Under the pieces are notes generated by a model, which was given only the letters and a program-made list of their open reading frames with translations, was not told the origin of the DNA and ran no database searches. Below are positions 1 to 9,483 of a stretch of 28,243 nucleotides of DNA, piece by piece. Position 1 is the first letter of the stretch, and every line of letters begins with the position of its first letter. The stretch spans positions 1-28,243 of IMG/VR virus record IMGVR_UViG_3300049173_000073; one strand, given 5' to 3'. Source of the DNA: a virus (taxonomy: Duplodnaviria; Caudoviricetes). Both the position numbers and the translations under genes were made by a program.

Positions 1-61
1 GACGGAGACGGTGAGGTTGGCCACGGTCTGGCCGGGGTTTTCTCATGCCCTGGAGGACCTC

Positions 62-541
62 ATGGGTGACCTGATCAGCGACGGCAAGACCCGCGTGGTG
101 TGGGCCTCGTCCATCGCGAACATCAACGCGCCGACCGCCACCGAGTGCAACAACGCACTCGACCTGACCAAGCGGATCACGCCGGACGGCCTGAAGGCCG
201 ACCCGACGACCGCCGACGTCGACACCTCGTCCCTCGCGAGCCGCTTCGACACCAAGACCGTCGGCAGGATCGGCTTCGAGAACGAGCTGACCATGAAGCG
301 CGGCGACAACCCGACCGACGACCTGCCGTACACGACCCTGAAGTACGGGGTCACCGGCTACATGATCGTCCGCCGTGGCATCGCGTTCGAGACCGCGTTC
401 GCCACCGGCCAGCAGGTCGAGGTGTACCCGGCGATCTGCGGCGAGCGCGCGAACATCCCCCCGGCCGCGAACGAGGTGTCGAAGTTCACGGCTCCGATCA
501 AGGTCACGGACGCGCCCGCGACGGACGCGGTGGTTGCCTGA
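62..541 (+). CDS. Major tail (tube) protein
   Basis: GGAGG at 52-56 precedes ATG62 (MGDLISDGKTRVVW...), 159 aa; lies directly before the chaperone and tape measure genes; resembles actinophage tail tube proteins. Confidence 0.8.
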   Translation: MGDLISDGKTRVVWASSIANINAPTATECNNALDLTKRITPDGLKADPTTADVDTSSLASRFDTKTVGRIGFENELTMKRGDNPTDDLPYTTLKYGVTGYMIVRRGIAFETAFATGQQVEVYPAICGERANIPPAANEVSKFTAPIKVTDAPATDAVVA

Positions 542-1059
542 TGGGGCAGAGCATCGACGCCATCCTGGCGCAGGCCACGCCCCGGGAGCGCACGGTCAAG
601 GTGTGCGTCCGGGGCGACCTGGCGGGCCAGGCGGACCGGCTGGCGGAAGAGCTCGCGAAGGTCTCCGAGGAGTGGGAGCCGGCCGACCTCACCGACGTGC
701 ACCCGGGCCGGAAGGTCGCCGCCGAGCTGAAGGCGGTGCGCGAGCAGATCAAGGCCGCCGAGGTGCCGTTTGTCCTGCGCTACATCGGGGACAAGGCGTA
801 CTCGGACCTGCTCGCCGCGCACCCGTCCGAGAACGACAACGAGCTGTTCAACGCCGACTTCCCCAAGGCCCTGATCGCCGCGTCCTGCGTCGACCCGGTC
901 ATGACCGAGAAGCAGGCCGCCGAGCTGTTCGAGAAGCTCAACCAGGGTGAGATCAAGCGGCTGTTCGACGCGGCCTGGGACGTCCACAACAGCTCGGAGA
1001 TCGTCCCTTTCTCGCTGGCCGCCTCCGCACTCCTGGCGGCCCTTGGCGGCGAGAAATAG
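541..1059 (+). CDS. Tail assembly chaperone (gpG-like)
   Basis: ATG541 overlaps the upstream stop (TGATG); position between tail tube and tape measure; contains the slippery heptamer. Confidence 0.85.
   Translation: MGQSIDAILAQATPRERTVKVCVRGDLAGQADRLAEELAKVSEEWEPADLTDVHPGRKVAAELKAVREQIKAAEVPFVLRYIGDKAYSDLLAAHPSENDNELFNADFPKALIAASCVDPVMTEKQAAELFEKLNQGEIKRLFDAAWDVHNSSEIVPFSLAASALLAALGGEK
1005..1011 (+). other. Programmed -1 frameshift site C CCT TTC
   Basis: X XXY YYZ heptamer in the chaperone reading frame; the -1 frame is stop-free from here to 1364. Confidence 0.8.
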
Positions 1060-1364
1060 AAGCCGCACGGGCCTGGGGAGTACCCCGGTCCGTGTTCATG
1101 GGCCGCGTCGTGCGCGAGGGCGAGCCGCTGTGGCTTCCGGAAGACCGGAGCTGGGCGCTCGCTCTCCTGCACGTCGAGGCCGACTCCTGCCCGCAGTGCC
1201 ACCAGCCCTGGAGCGAGGCCACCGCCCGCGAGGCTGAGGGCGGCTACGACGCCGAGCTGATCCGCTGCCACGCCTGCACCGCGTCCGCCCAGGCCGTGAG
1301 CGCCTACCAGGACAAGGGCGGCAAGCCGGAGGGCCTGCACGTCCACCTCGAACGCCGCACGTAG
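1011..1364 (+). CDS. C-terminal part of the frameshifted tail assembly chaperone (gpGT-like, about 274 aa fused)
   Basis: -1 frame reads LAGRLRTPGGPWRREIEAARAWGVPRSVFMG... and runs into ORF 1092-1364 (two CxxC motifs); no clear RBS of its own. Confidence 0.75.
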   Translation, partial: LAGRLRTPGGPWRREIEAARAWGVPRSVFMGRVVREGEPLWLPEDRSWALALLHVEADSCPQCHQPWSEATAREAEGGYDAELIRCHACTASAQAVSAYQDKGGKPEGLHVHLERRT

Positions 1365-1390
1365 CCACTGACTGACGAGGGGGTGAGACC

Positions 1391-4300
1391 GTGGCCACCC
1401 GTACCGTCACCGTCCGGCTGCGCGCGGACATCAACCAGTACACGCGCGGGATGCGGCAGGCCGCCGACTCCACCTCCCGCCTCGCCGGGGCCGGCGCGGC
1501 GGTCGGCACCGCCATGGTCGCGGGCTTTGCGGTCGCCGCCGCGTCGGCGGCGAAGTTCGACAAGGCGATGTCGAACGTCCGCGCCGTCACCAACGCCAAC
1601 GCCCAGGAGATGAAGCAGCTCCGGGCCGCGGCCCTGGAGGCGGGCAAGACCACTTCGTTCACAGCCACCCAGGCCGCGGACGCCGAGGCGGAACTGGCGC
1701 GCGCGGGCGTGAAGGTCGCGGACATCACCGGCGGCGCCCTGAAAGGCACGCTGGCGTTGGCCGCATCCGGGCAGATGGACCTCGCCGACAGCGCCGTGAT
1801 CGCGGCTCAGGCGATGAACACGTTCGGCCTGAGCGGCAAGGACGTCACCCACGTCGCCGACGTCCTCAGTGCGGCGGCGAACAAGAGCGCCGCGGACATG
1901 AGCGGGCTCGGAATGTCGCTGCGTCAGGGCGGCCTGCTCGCCAAGCAGACGGGGCTCAGCTTCGAGGACACGGTGGGGACGCTGGCGGCGTTCGCCGACC
2001 ACGCCCTCATCGGCTCGGACGCGGGCACGTCGCTGAAGGTGATGCTCCAGCGTCTGGTCCCGCAGTCCGTCGAAGCCCGCACCATGATGGACAAGCTGGG
2101 CTTCACCGCCTACGACAGCCAGGGCAAGTTTGTCGGCCTGACCAAGCTGGCCGGCAACCTCCAGTCGTCCTTCAAGGGCCTGACCCCCGAGGCCCGCAAC
2201 GCCGCGTTCGCGACGATCTTCGGGGCGGACGCGGTGCGCTCGGCGACGATCCTGTACGAGCTCGGCGCCGACGGCATCACGAAGTACACCAAGGCCGTCA
2301 ACGACCAGGGCGCGGCTGGCCGTATGGCGGCCATGCAGACCGACAACCTCGTCGGCGACCTGGAGCGGCTGCGCGGCGCCATCGAGACCGCGCTGATTGA
2401 GGGCGGCTCGTCGGCCAACGGCGCCCTTCGTGACATGACCCAGTGGGTCACCCGCCTGGTCAACGCGTACAACGACCTTCCGCCCAGCCTTCAGCACGCG
2501 GTCACGCTGCTGACCGGCGTCGGTGGCGCGGCCACCCTGGTCGTCACCGGGCTGCTTCTGCTGCTGCCGAGGATCGCCGCGACCCGCACCGCCCTGGCGG
2601 CGCTGGGCGTCACGGCCGCGCGGACCCGGGTCCTGATGAACGGCCTGGGACGGCTCGGGATCGTCATAGCGACCCTCGAAGCCATGTCGTATGGCGCGGA
2701 CAAGCTGAAGGCAGCATTCGCGGACGCACCGCCGAACGTGACGAAGCTGGGCAACGCCCTCATCGGCTTCGCCAAGACCGGCAACGCAGCAGGCGAGTTG
2801 AGTAAGAAGTTCGGCAAGGACCTCGACGGCTTCGGCGAGGCCGCCGCCCGCCTCGCTCACCCCGGCGTCCTGGACCGTATCGGCGACTCCCTCTACACGA
2901 TCACCCACCTCGGTTCGGACTCGCAGGGCTTGGACGAGGCCCGGGCAAAGCTCACGGCCATGGACGAAGCCCTCAAGAGCTTGGTGGAGGGCGGCGCCCC
3001 GGACGTGGCGGCGAGCGCCTTCAACCGGCTGGCGAAAGAAGCCGAGGCCCAGGGAACGTCGACGGACAAGCTGCGCACGCTGCTTCCCGGCTATGCCGAG
3101 GCGCTGACGCAGACGGACACGCAGGCGAAGCTGTCCGGGGACTCCCAGGCTGAGCTGGCGAAGCAGATGGGCCTGACCGCCGACCAGATCCAGGATCAGC
3201 GCACCGAGGCAGAGAAGCTGTCTGATGCGCTCCAGGGGCTGAACGGCACGAGTATCGACGCTGCTCAGCAGGAGATCTCCTTCCGGCAGTCTCTCGCCGA
3301 CCTCAGCGCGGCGGTGAAGGAGAACGGTCACTCGCTGGACGTGGCCTCGGAGAAGGGCCGCGCGGTCAAGGGGGCGTTCCTCGACGCGGCCAAGGCGGCT
3401 ATGGCACACGCCCAGGCGGTCGCCGAGCAGTCGAACTCGCAAACGGCTGGCCAGAAGGTCCTGGAGAAGGACATCGGCCTGCTCAAAGCGCAGATGAAGG
3501 CGGCCGGGTTCTCCAAGGACGCCATCGAGAAGCTGGTGGGCTCCTACGCCCAGCTCCCGGTCTCGGTGGCCACGAAGGTCGACGCGAAGACCGATGGCGC
3601 GATCAGCGACCTGGAAGCGGTGAAGAGCAAGATCGCTTCCATGAAGGGCCGCACCCTCACGATGAAGGCGCCCACCGCCGAGGCCCGCGCCCAGCTGGAA
3701 GCCCTGGGATTCAAGATCAAGAACACCAAGGGCAAGCAGGTCATCATCACCATCCCGACTGGCACGCCCAAGGCCGCCGCCGCCGACATCCAGCGGGCCA
3801 TCAACAACATCACGGGTAAGAGCGTCGGTGTCGGTGTCTACACCACCGAGTACTACAAGAAGGTCCAGTCCGGGGACAACGTGCCCCCCATGCTGCGTAA
3901 GCGCGCGCACGGGGGCATTGTCGGGTACGCCGACGGTGGCATGCCGCAGTTCATCCCCTTCGGGGGCGCTGTGCGCGGCCCGGGCACCAGCACCTCGGAC
4001 AGCATCCCGGCGCTGCTGTCCAACGGCGAGTACGTCGTCAAGGCCGCGTCCGTCGCGAAGTACGGCGTGGCCATGTTCGACCGCCTCAACGCCGGCCGGT
4101 ACGCCTCCGGAGGCCTGCTCGGCGGCTTCACGTACACCCCGACGGGCATGCCGGTCCTCGGCGGCCCGTCGGATGCGAAGCAGCGCTACGACCAGGAGAT
4201 CGAAGACCTCAAGAAGGCGTGGGCTGACCTCACCAAGGCGCTCACGGACCAGAAGAAAGCCGCCGACACCCTGCGGTCCGCGGAGAAGAACCTCGCCTCC

Positions 4301-5425
4301 GTCCGCAAGGGCCACCACACGGCGGCCCAACTGCGCTCGGCTCAGGAACGGGTCGACAAGGCGAGGTCATCGAAGCGTGCCGCCGACCGGACGGTCGCCA
4401 AGGAGCGCAAGGACGTCTACGCCGCCGACGCCGAACTGGGGCTGAGGAAAGGAGCGAAGGCGCCCACCGGCTTCAACCTGAAGGCGTATGAGACCCAGTT
4501 GAACGAGTCCGTGGCCGACACGGAGCGGTGGCGCAAGAGCCTCACCCGGATCGGGCAGCGGGGCGGCAAGGAACTCCAGGCCATGCTGGAGGGCATGGGC
4601 GAGGAGGGCTACGCCTTGGTCAACGCCCTCGCCGGGGCGAGCGACAAGCAGTTCAAATCGATCATCTCGAAGCTCCAGAAAACCGGGGACTTCGCCAAGG
4701 CCACCCTTGCGGACTTCACCAAGCAACTCGGCGCCAGCACGAAGGAGTCCCAGCAGTTCGCCGCGGACCTCCAGAAGCTGGCAGCGGCAGGGTTCGGGGA
4801 CCTCGCCCAGGCGCTCGCCGCACAAGGCGACGCATCCGCGATGGCCCTCGCCCACCAGGCGGCAGGCGACAGCAAGGCGGCCTCGGCAGCGAACAAGGCC
4901 GTCGGCGCCGCCCAAGGCACGCTGTCCGGCGAGGATCTGACGAACGCCCTGACGCTGCTGTCGACTCTGCGCGGCGGTACGGGCCGCGGGTTCGCCGAGC
5001 TGATCGCCGCGGGCCTGGACGTGGCCACCATCCGAGCTCTGGTCCCCAAGATGGCGGCGCAGATCAAGGCCCTGCCCGCGGCGAACAAGGACACGTTCGT
5101 GCGGCAGTGGACCCAGCAGGGTGGGAAGGCCATGGCGGCCGGCGGCATCCTCACCCGGCCCACGATGGTCCTCGGCGCCGAGGCGGGCGTGCCGGAGTCG
5201 TGGATCCCGTGGAACAGCTCGGCACGCTCCCGGGAATTGCTCGCCAAGACCGCAGCCTCCATGGGCTACCAGCTGACCCCGGCCGGACGGTACGGGGGCG
5301 GTGCATCCGTGGCGGCGGTTGCCCGGGAGGCCACCAAGCAGATCACCGTGAACCTGTACGGCGCCGGTCAGACCACTGCCGAACAGGCCATGGACGTCGC
5401 CCGCCACATGACGTTCGTCGGCTGA
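1391..5425 (+). CDS. Tape measure protein (TP901-like family)
   Basis: 1344 aa, Ala-rich helical; N-terminal FDKAMSNVRAVT...FTATQAADA block; C-terminal GPGTSTSDSIPALLSNGEYVV motif; GAGGGGG RBS. Confidence 0.95.
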   Translation: MATRTVTVRLRADINQYTRGMRQAADSTSRLAGAGAAVGTAMVAGFAVAAASAAKFDKAMSNVRAVTNANAQEMKQLRAAALEAGKTTSFTATQAADAEAELARAGVKVADITGGALKGTLALAASGQMDLADSAVIAAQAMNTFGLSGKDVTHVADVLSAAANKSAADMSGLGMSLRQGGLLAKQTGLSFEDTVGTLAAFADHALIGSDAGTSLKVMLQRLVPQSVEARTMMDKLGFTAYDSQGKFVGLTKLAGNLQSSFKGLTPEARNAAFATIFGADAVRSATILYELGADGITKYTKAVNDQGAAGRMAAMQTDNLVGDLERLRGAIETALIEGGSSANGALRDMTQWVTRLVNAYNDLPPSLQHAVTLLTGVGGAATLVVTGLLLLLPRIAATRTALAALGVTAARTRVLMNGLGRLGIVIATLEAMSYGADKLKAAFADAPPNVTKLGNALIGFAKTGNAAGELSKKFGKDLDGFGEAAARLAHPGVLDRIGDSLYTITHLGSDSQGLDEARAKLTAMDEALKSLVEGGAPDVAASAFNRLAKEAEAQGTSTDKLRTLLPGYAEALTQTDTQAKLSGDSQAELAKQMGLTADQIQDQRTEAEKLSDALQGLNGTSIDAAQQEISFRQSLADLSAAVKENGHSLDVASEKGRAVKGAFLDAAKAAMAHAQAVAEQSNSQTAGQKVLEKDIGLLKAQMKAAGFSKDAIEKLVGSYAQLPVSVATKVDAKTDGAISDLEAVKSKIASMKGRTLTMKAPTAEARAQLEALGFKIKNTKGKQVIITIPTGTPKAAAADIQRAINNITGKSVGVGVYTTEYYKKVQSGDNVPPMLRKRAHGGIVGYADGGMPQFIPFGGAVRGPGTSTSDSIPALLSNGEYVVKAASVAKYGVAMFDRLNAGRYASGGLLGGFTYTPTGMPVLGGPSDAKQRYDQEIEDLKKAWADLTKALTDQKKAADTLRSAEKNLASVRKGHHTAAQLRSAQERVDKARSSKRAADRTVAKERKDVYAADAELGLRKGAKAPTGFNLKAYETQLNESVADTERWRKSLTRIGQRGGKELQAMLEGMGEEGYALVNALAGASDKQFKSIISKLQKTGDFAKATLADFTKQLGASTKESQQFAADLQKLAAAGFGDLAQALAAQGDASAMALAHQAAGDSKAASAANKAVGAAQGTLSGEDLTNALTLLSTLRGGTGRGFAELIAAGLDVATIRALVPKMAAQIKALPAANKDTFVRQWTQQGGKAMAAGGILTRPTMVLGAEAGVPESWIPWNSSARSRELLAKTAASMGYQLTPAGRYGGGASVAAVAREATKQITVNLYGAGQTTAEQAMDVARHMTFVG

Positions 5426-5438
5426 GGAAGGGAGCGGG

Positions 5439-6284
5439 ATGGACGGGATGAGCGCCACGCTGGGGGCGGTCACGCTGGGGGCGGTCGACGCCTCCGGCGT
5501 GGACTGGCGCCTGATGACCCTGGAGGGCTGGGACTCCCCGGACTCTCGGTCGGAGTTCACCGACCGCGAGGCCGACCATGGGGCCTGGGCATCCCCGGTC
5601 TATCTCTCCTCCCGGCCGATCACCCTGGGCGGCACCATCCTCGCCCCCTCCCAGGCCCTGCTCGAATCGGCGATGGACCAGCTCCGGGCAGCGGCTGGCC
5701 TCACCGACACACTGCTGACCGTGTGGGAGACCACCCCGAAGCAGGCTGTGGTAAGGCGTTCGGGCAGGCCCATCATGCAGTACCTGACCGACACGAAGGC
5801 CTCGTTCTCCGTGCTGGTGACGGCCCCGGATCCGCGCCGCTACAGCACGACGTTGAGCACCGGCACGACCGCGCTGCCGTCCACAACCGGGGGCCTCACC
5901 TTCCCGGTCACCTTCCCGATCACCTTCTCGGCGACGGCGGTGGCCGGATCCATCACCGCGGTGAACGCCGGAAACGTCGACACCCGCCCGGTCCTCACCA
6001 TCACCGGCCCGGTCGTCGCACCGTCCGTCTCAGCCTTGTACCCGGATGGCACGGTGCGGCAGCTCATCTACTCCCTGGACCTGGCCAGCGGCGACGTCCT
6101 GACCATCGACACCGATGCCCGCACCGTCCTGCTCAACGGGTCGGTATCGAGGCGCCGCTTCCTGACCGTCCCGGCCGGGTGGCCCACGATCCCCGCCGGG
6201 GCCGCCGTCACGTACCAGTTCCAGTCCTCGACCTACAACGCGACCGCACGCCTGACCGCCACCTGGCGCTCGGCCTGGATGTGA
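5439..6284 (+). CDS. Distal tail protein (Dit-like)
   Basis: Immediately after the tape measure gene; LEGWDSP, APDPRRY and NAGNVDTRP motifs typical of actinophage Dit; start could be 5448. Confidence 0.8.
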   Translation: MDGMSATLGAVTLGAVDASGVDWRLMTLEGWDSPDSRSEFTDREADHGAWASPVYLSSRPITLGGTILAPSQALLESAMDQLRAAAGLTDTLLTVWETTPKQAVVRRSGRPIMQYLTDTKASFSVLVTAPDPRRYSTTLSTGTTALPSTTGGLTFPVTFPITFSATAVAGSITAVNAGNVDTRPVLTITGPVVAPSVSALYPDGTVRQLIYSLDLASGDVLTIDTDARTVLLNGSVSRRRFLTVPAGWPTIPAGAAVTYQFQSSTYNATARLTATWRSAWM

Positions 6285-6294
6285 GGAGGCAGCC

Positions 6295-7323
6295 ATGCCG
6301 GTAGACGTGTGGGCCCTCGACACACTCTCGTTCTCGGGCCTGGAAGCCCGCAACGTCGACTCCCTGCTGTCCATGGGCAACGGCACCGCTCTCGGCTCCC
6401 GCTCGGGGGTGCGCCCGGGCGACCCGGGCCTGACCGTCACCCTGGCCGGCACCACCATCAACTGCTCGGCCGGTGTCGCCCTCGTTGCCTACCCCGGGCA
6501 GGGCGTCTACCGGGCCGCGTTCCCGTCCACCGTGTCCCCAGGCACATACACGGCCGCGCACGCCACCCTGAACCGCATCGACCTGGTCTATCTGCGGATC
6601 TGGGACAACTCGGTCGACGCGTCCGGCCTGCTCAAGGGAGACATCGTCTACCTGGCCGGGACGGCGTCCGCCTCGCCGGTCGCCCCTACTCCGGCCGGCA
6701 CCCAGATCTACGTGCCGCTCGCCACGATCAGCGTCCTGTCCGTCTCCAACGGCGGCACCGCCTCCGTGTCTACGGCGGTGCGGCCGTACACGGTGGCGCC
6801 TGGCGGGATCCTGCCCGCCTCGTCCGCGCCGACCGGCCTGTACGTCGGCCAGTACTACGACGACGGCTCCGGCCTGCTGCGGTGGAACGGCAGCAACTGG
6901 CGGCAGATCAGCCCTTACACGCCGCTGTACCAGGCGCAGGTCAGCCAGCCCAGCAGCTTCACCGCCGGAAGCTTCACAGACTTCCCCTCGGCGAACTGGC
7001 CGCCGCTGACCTTCACCGTGCCGCCGAGCGGCCTGGTGTGGATCAGCATCGGCGGTGCCGTCATGAACACCAACACGGGCACCGCATCCGGGTGGATGGC
7101 CTGGCGTGCCTCCGGTGGCGTGACCGAGGTGGCGAGCGAGGCGAACGGCCTGTCCACGGTCGGCGCCCGCAACTACGGAACCCGCCGCGTCCTGCGGTCC
7201 TGGACACCGGGCGCGTCCGTGACCCTGACCCCGCAATACCTGTTCAGCTCCGTCGGCACGCTCACCACCGTGACCCGCGCGGACAACGGCCTGCTGGCCG
7301 TCGAGCCGGTCGCGGTCGCATGA
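6295..7323 (+). CDS. Minor tail/baseplate protein
   Basis: GAGGAGG RBS; Ser/Thr/Gly-rich beta-type protein with NRIDLVY motif; tail context. Confidence 0.7.
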   Translation: MPVDVWALDTLSFSGLEARNVDSLLSMGNGTALGSRSGVRPGDPGLTVTLAGTTINCSAGVALVAYPGQGVYRAAFPSTVSPGTYTAAHATLNRIDLVYLRIWDNSVDASGLLKGDIVYLAGTASASPVAPTPAGTQIYVPLATISVLSVSNGGTASVSTAVRPYTVAPGGILPASSAPTGLYVGQYYDDGSGLLRWNGSNWRQISPYTPLYQAQVSQPSSFTAGSFTDFPSANWPPLTFTVPPSGLVWISIGGAVMNTNTGTASGWMAWRASGGVTEVASEANGLSTVGARNYGTRRVLRSWTPGASVTLTPQYLFSSVGTLTTVTRADNGLLAVEPVAVA

Positions 7324-8393
7324 CTGCACTCGAGCTGGCCTGGTTCGGCTGCGACTTGCGCACGGGCGGCATCATCGAGGACCTGCCCTCCCTCAAGGCC
7401 CAGGGCGCCCTGTCGAGGAAGCTTGGCGACAGCACCACCGTGCAGTTCGAGCTCGCGTTGCCCGGCGCCAAGGCGAACTGGGAAGAGGCCACCACACCGG
7501 GCAGTACCGTCCTGGTCGCTGTCGACACGGGCACCGATCTGCCCGTCTGGGCGGGCGCGGTGCTGCCCCGGGAGGGCGGCAGCGCTCAGTCCGTGCAGTT
7601 CGGCGCGGCCACCCTGGAGAGTTACCTAGGCGCCCGCTACCCGGGCACCCAGACTCTCCTGTCCACCGACCAAGCGTCCGTCATGGCTGCTCTGGCCACA
7701 CCGGCGCTCACCAACGGGCCGCCGTTCGTCATCGACAGCGTGGCCACCGGCACGACGATGGACTACCTGGCGGACGACGGCGACGACAAGACGATCCTGG
7801 CCTGCCTGAACGAGGTCATGGGCCTGGACGGCGGCCCCGAGTGGACCATCGACGTCGTCTGGAACGGCGCGCACAGCGGCTTCCAGTTCCCACTACGGGT
7901 GCGCAAGGCGATCGGCATCCAGACCGAGACCGCGGTGACCTTCGACTTCCCGGGCTGCGTCAACGCCTACTCGCTCGCCGAGTCGTATGAGGCGGGCAAG
8001 GGGGCCACCGTCGTCATCGCGCGCGGCGAGGGCGAGGGCTCCTCTCGTCTCTCCTCCAGCACGTACCAGGCGTCTGCGCTGATCTCTGCCGGGTGGCCGC
8101 GCTGGGAGTACCGGTACACGCCCGCGACCGGCGTCACCGACCCCGACCAGCTGAATGCCCACGCCGCCCAGACTCTGGCCCTGATGGCTCCGGGCGGCCA
8201 GGTGTGGAGCGTCGAGGCGGTCGCCTCGAAGGCACCACGGCTCGGTCAGGACTGGGGACTTGGCGACAGCGTCCACCTGGCCGTGGAGAGCTCCCCCCGA
8301 CACCCGCGGGGAGCTGATGTGACCGCGCGCTGCTGGGCCTGGGAGCTCGACGCCGGCGCCGACCGTGTCCGCCCAATCCTCGTGGAGGAATGA
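7320..8393 (+). CDS. Minor tail protein (baseplate hub/Tal-like)
   Basis: ATG7320 overlaps the upstream stop (MTALELAWFGCDLRTG...); PVWAG, GGPEW and WGLGDSV motifs typical of actinophage hub proteins. Confidence 0.75.
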   Translation: MTALELAWFGCDLRTGGIIEDLPSLKAQGALSRKLGDSTTVQFELALPGAKANWEEATTPGSTVLVAVDTGTDLPVWAGAVLPREGGSAQSVQFGAATLESYLGARYPGTQTLLSTDQASVMAALATPALTNGPPFVIDSVATGTTMDYLADDGDDKTILACLNEVMGLDGGPEWTIDVVWNGAHSGFQFPLRVRKAIGIQTETAVTFDFPGCVNAYSLAESYEAGKGATVVIARGEGEGSSRLSSSTYQASALISAGWPRWEYRYTPATGVTDPDQLNAHAAQTLALMAPGGQVWSVEAVASKAPRLGQDWGLGDSVHLAVESSPRHPRGADVTARCWAWELDAGADRVRPILVEE

Positions 8394-9157
8394 TGCCCAA
8401 ACAGCTCGACCAACTGCCCACCGACCCCACCACGCTGGCCCGGAAGGTCGCCGCCCTCGAGCAGCAGATGAAGGAACTGCGGGCGGCCCGCCGTATGGGC
8501 TACGCCACCGTCGGCAGGCTGCGCATTTACAGCGACGACGGACAGACCCTGCTCGCCGAACTCGGCCCCACCGACGACCTCGGGGGCGGCCTGACCACCT
8601 ACGGCAAGCTGGGCATCGACGAGATCCCCGTAACCGCATCGTTGACCTCCGGCGAGCTGAACTTCCGGCCGGTCGAATCCCAGATCGCCGACGTGCCGGC
8701 CAGGGTCTCCTACGACACGATTCCCGAGAGCGGCACCAACCTGCAGTTCTCGTCTGGCTCCACCAAGGAAACCGACTGGGCCGCTGTCATGGACCTCAAC
8801 TCGGTAGCTGGCGGGCGAGCGACCGCCTTGTTCAACGGCTTCCGGGAGCTCGACGGGGCGGGCGAGAGCGGACCGTGCGACCTGGACCTCACCGGGATCC
8901 TGACCGCCGCCAGCTGGGCCTACGGCACGGTCAGCATCACCCCCTCCGCGGCGAACACCCCCACCTCGCAGGTCGTGTCTGGCCTCGACGTCCAGGGCAG
9001 CACCTTCTACGCGTTCGCCGCCGCGCAGACCGCAGCCCCCGGCACCAACGTGACCGGCGTCGGCACCACCGCCGTCACCGCCGGCGGCCTGACGGTGTGG
9101 GTGACCCGCACCAACACGACCGCAACTGTCGTCAACTGGATGGTGATCGGACTGTGA
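8393..9157 (+). CDS. Minor tail protein, putative tail fibre or receptor-binding protein
   Basis: N-terminal coiled coil (LARKVAALEQQMKELR); beta-rich C-terminus ending VNWMVIG; GGAGG RBS; start 8390 or 8393. Confidence 0.65.
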   Translation: MPKQLDQLPTDPTTLARKVAALEQQMKELRAARRMGYATVGRLRIYSDDGQTLLAELGPTDDLGGGLTTYGKLGIDEIPVTASLTSGELNFRPVESQIADVPARVSYDTIPESGTNLQFSSGSTKETDWAAVMDLNSVAGGRATALFNGFRELDGAGESGPCDLDLTGILTAASWAYGTVSITPSAANTPTSQVVSGLDVQGSTFYAFAAAQTAAPGTNVTGVGTTAVTAGGLTVWVTRTNTTATVVNWMVIGL

Positions 9158-9417
9158 GTGAGACGAACACGGACGCTTCGGGCGAGCTGGAACCCTTGCC
9201 GGCCCCCGACCCGGTCACGTTCCTGCCGGCCATGTACTACGCGGCCGTGGTCCGGGACGACAATCCCAACTGTCCGAACTACGCACAGAGCTTCGAGGTG
9301 GCGGAGCTGTACTCGAACGGCGGCAACCCGACCGTCGTGTGCGGCCTGAGGGTGTGCCGCAAGCCTATGACGATCATGTCGGCCACCCTGCTCGACCCCC
9401 AACCCGAGGTGTCGTAG
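9154..9417 (+). CDS. Small Cys-containing protein at the end of the tail module
   Basis: GTGA overlap with the upstream gene; 87 aa (MSETNTDASG...NPNCPN...VVCGLRVC...PEVS). Confidence 0.6.
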   Translation: MSETNTDASGELEPLPAPDPVTFLPAMYYAAVVRDDNPNCPNYAQSFEVAELYSNGGNPTVVCGLRVCRKPMTIMSATLLDPQPEVS

Positions 9418-9435
9418 CCCCTCATGACCTTGTAC

Positions 9436-9465
9436 GCCCCGAGCCCATCGGCCGGGGCCTTTCTC
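9436..9465 (+). terminator. Hairpin with pyrimidine tail between tail and lysis genes (terminator or attenuator)
   Basis: GCCCCG(A)GCC-CATC-GGCCGGGGC followed by CTTTCTC. Confidence 0.45.
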
Positions 9466-9483
9466 ATGTCAGGAGTTCCTGCT

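Noticed and set aside
11-61. Track start at 11 for the tail tube gene (also track starts 100, 6309, 8365, 9424 and 9797)
   Set aside because: Longest-ORF artefacts; RBS positions and stop/start overlaps favour 62, 541, 7320, 9154, 9484 and 10343
1304-4330. 1008-aa antisense ORF, and likewise 19616-22627, 22693-24132 and many other overlapping ORFs
   Set aside because: Shadow frames of high-GC genes, opposite well-supported CDS, with no recognisable motifs
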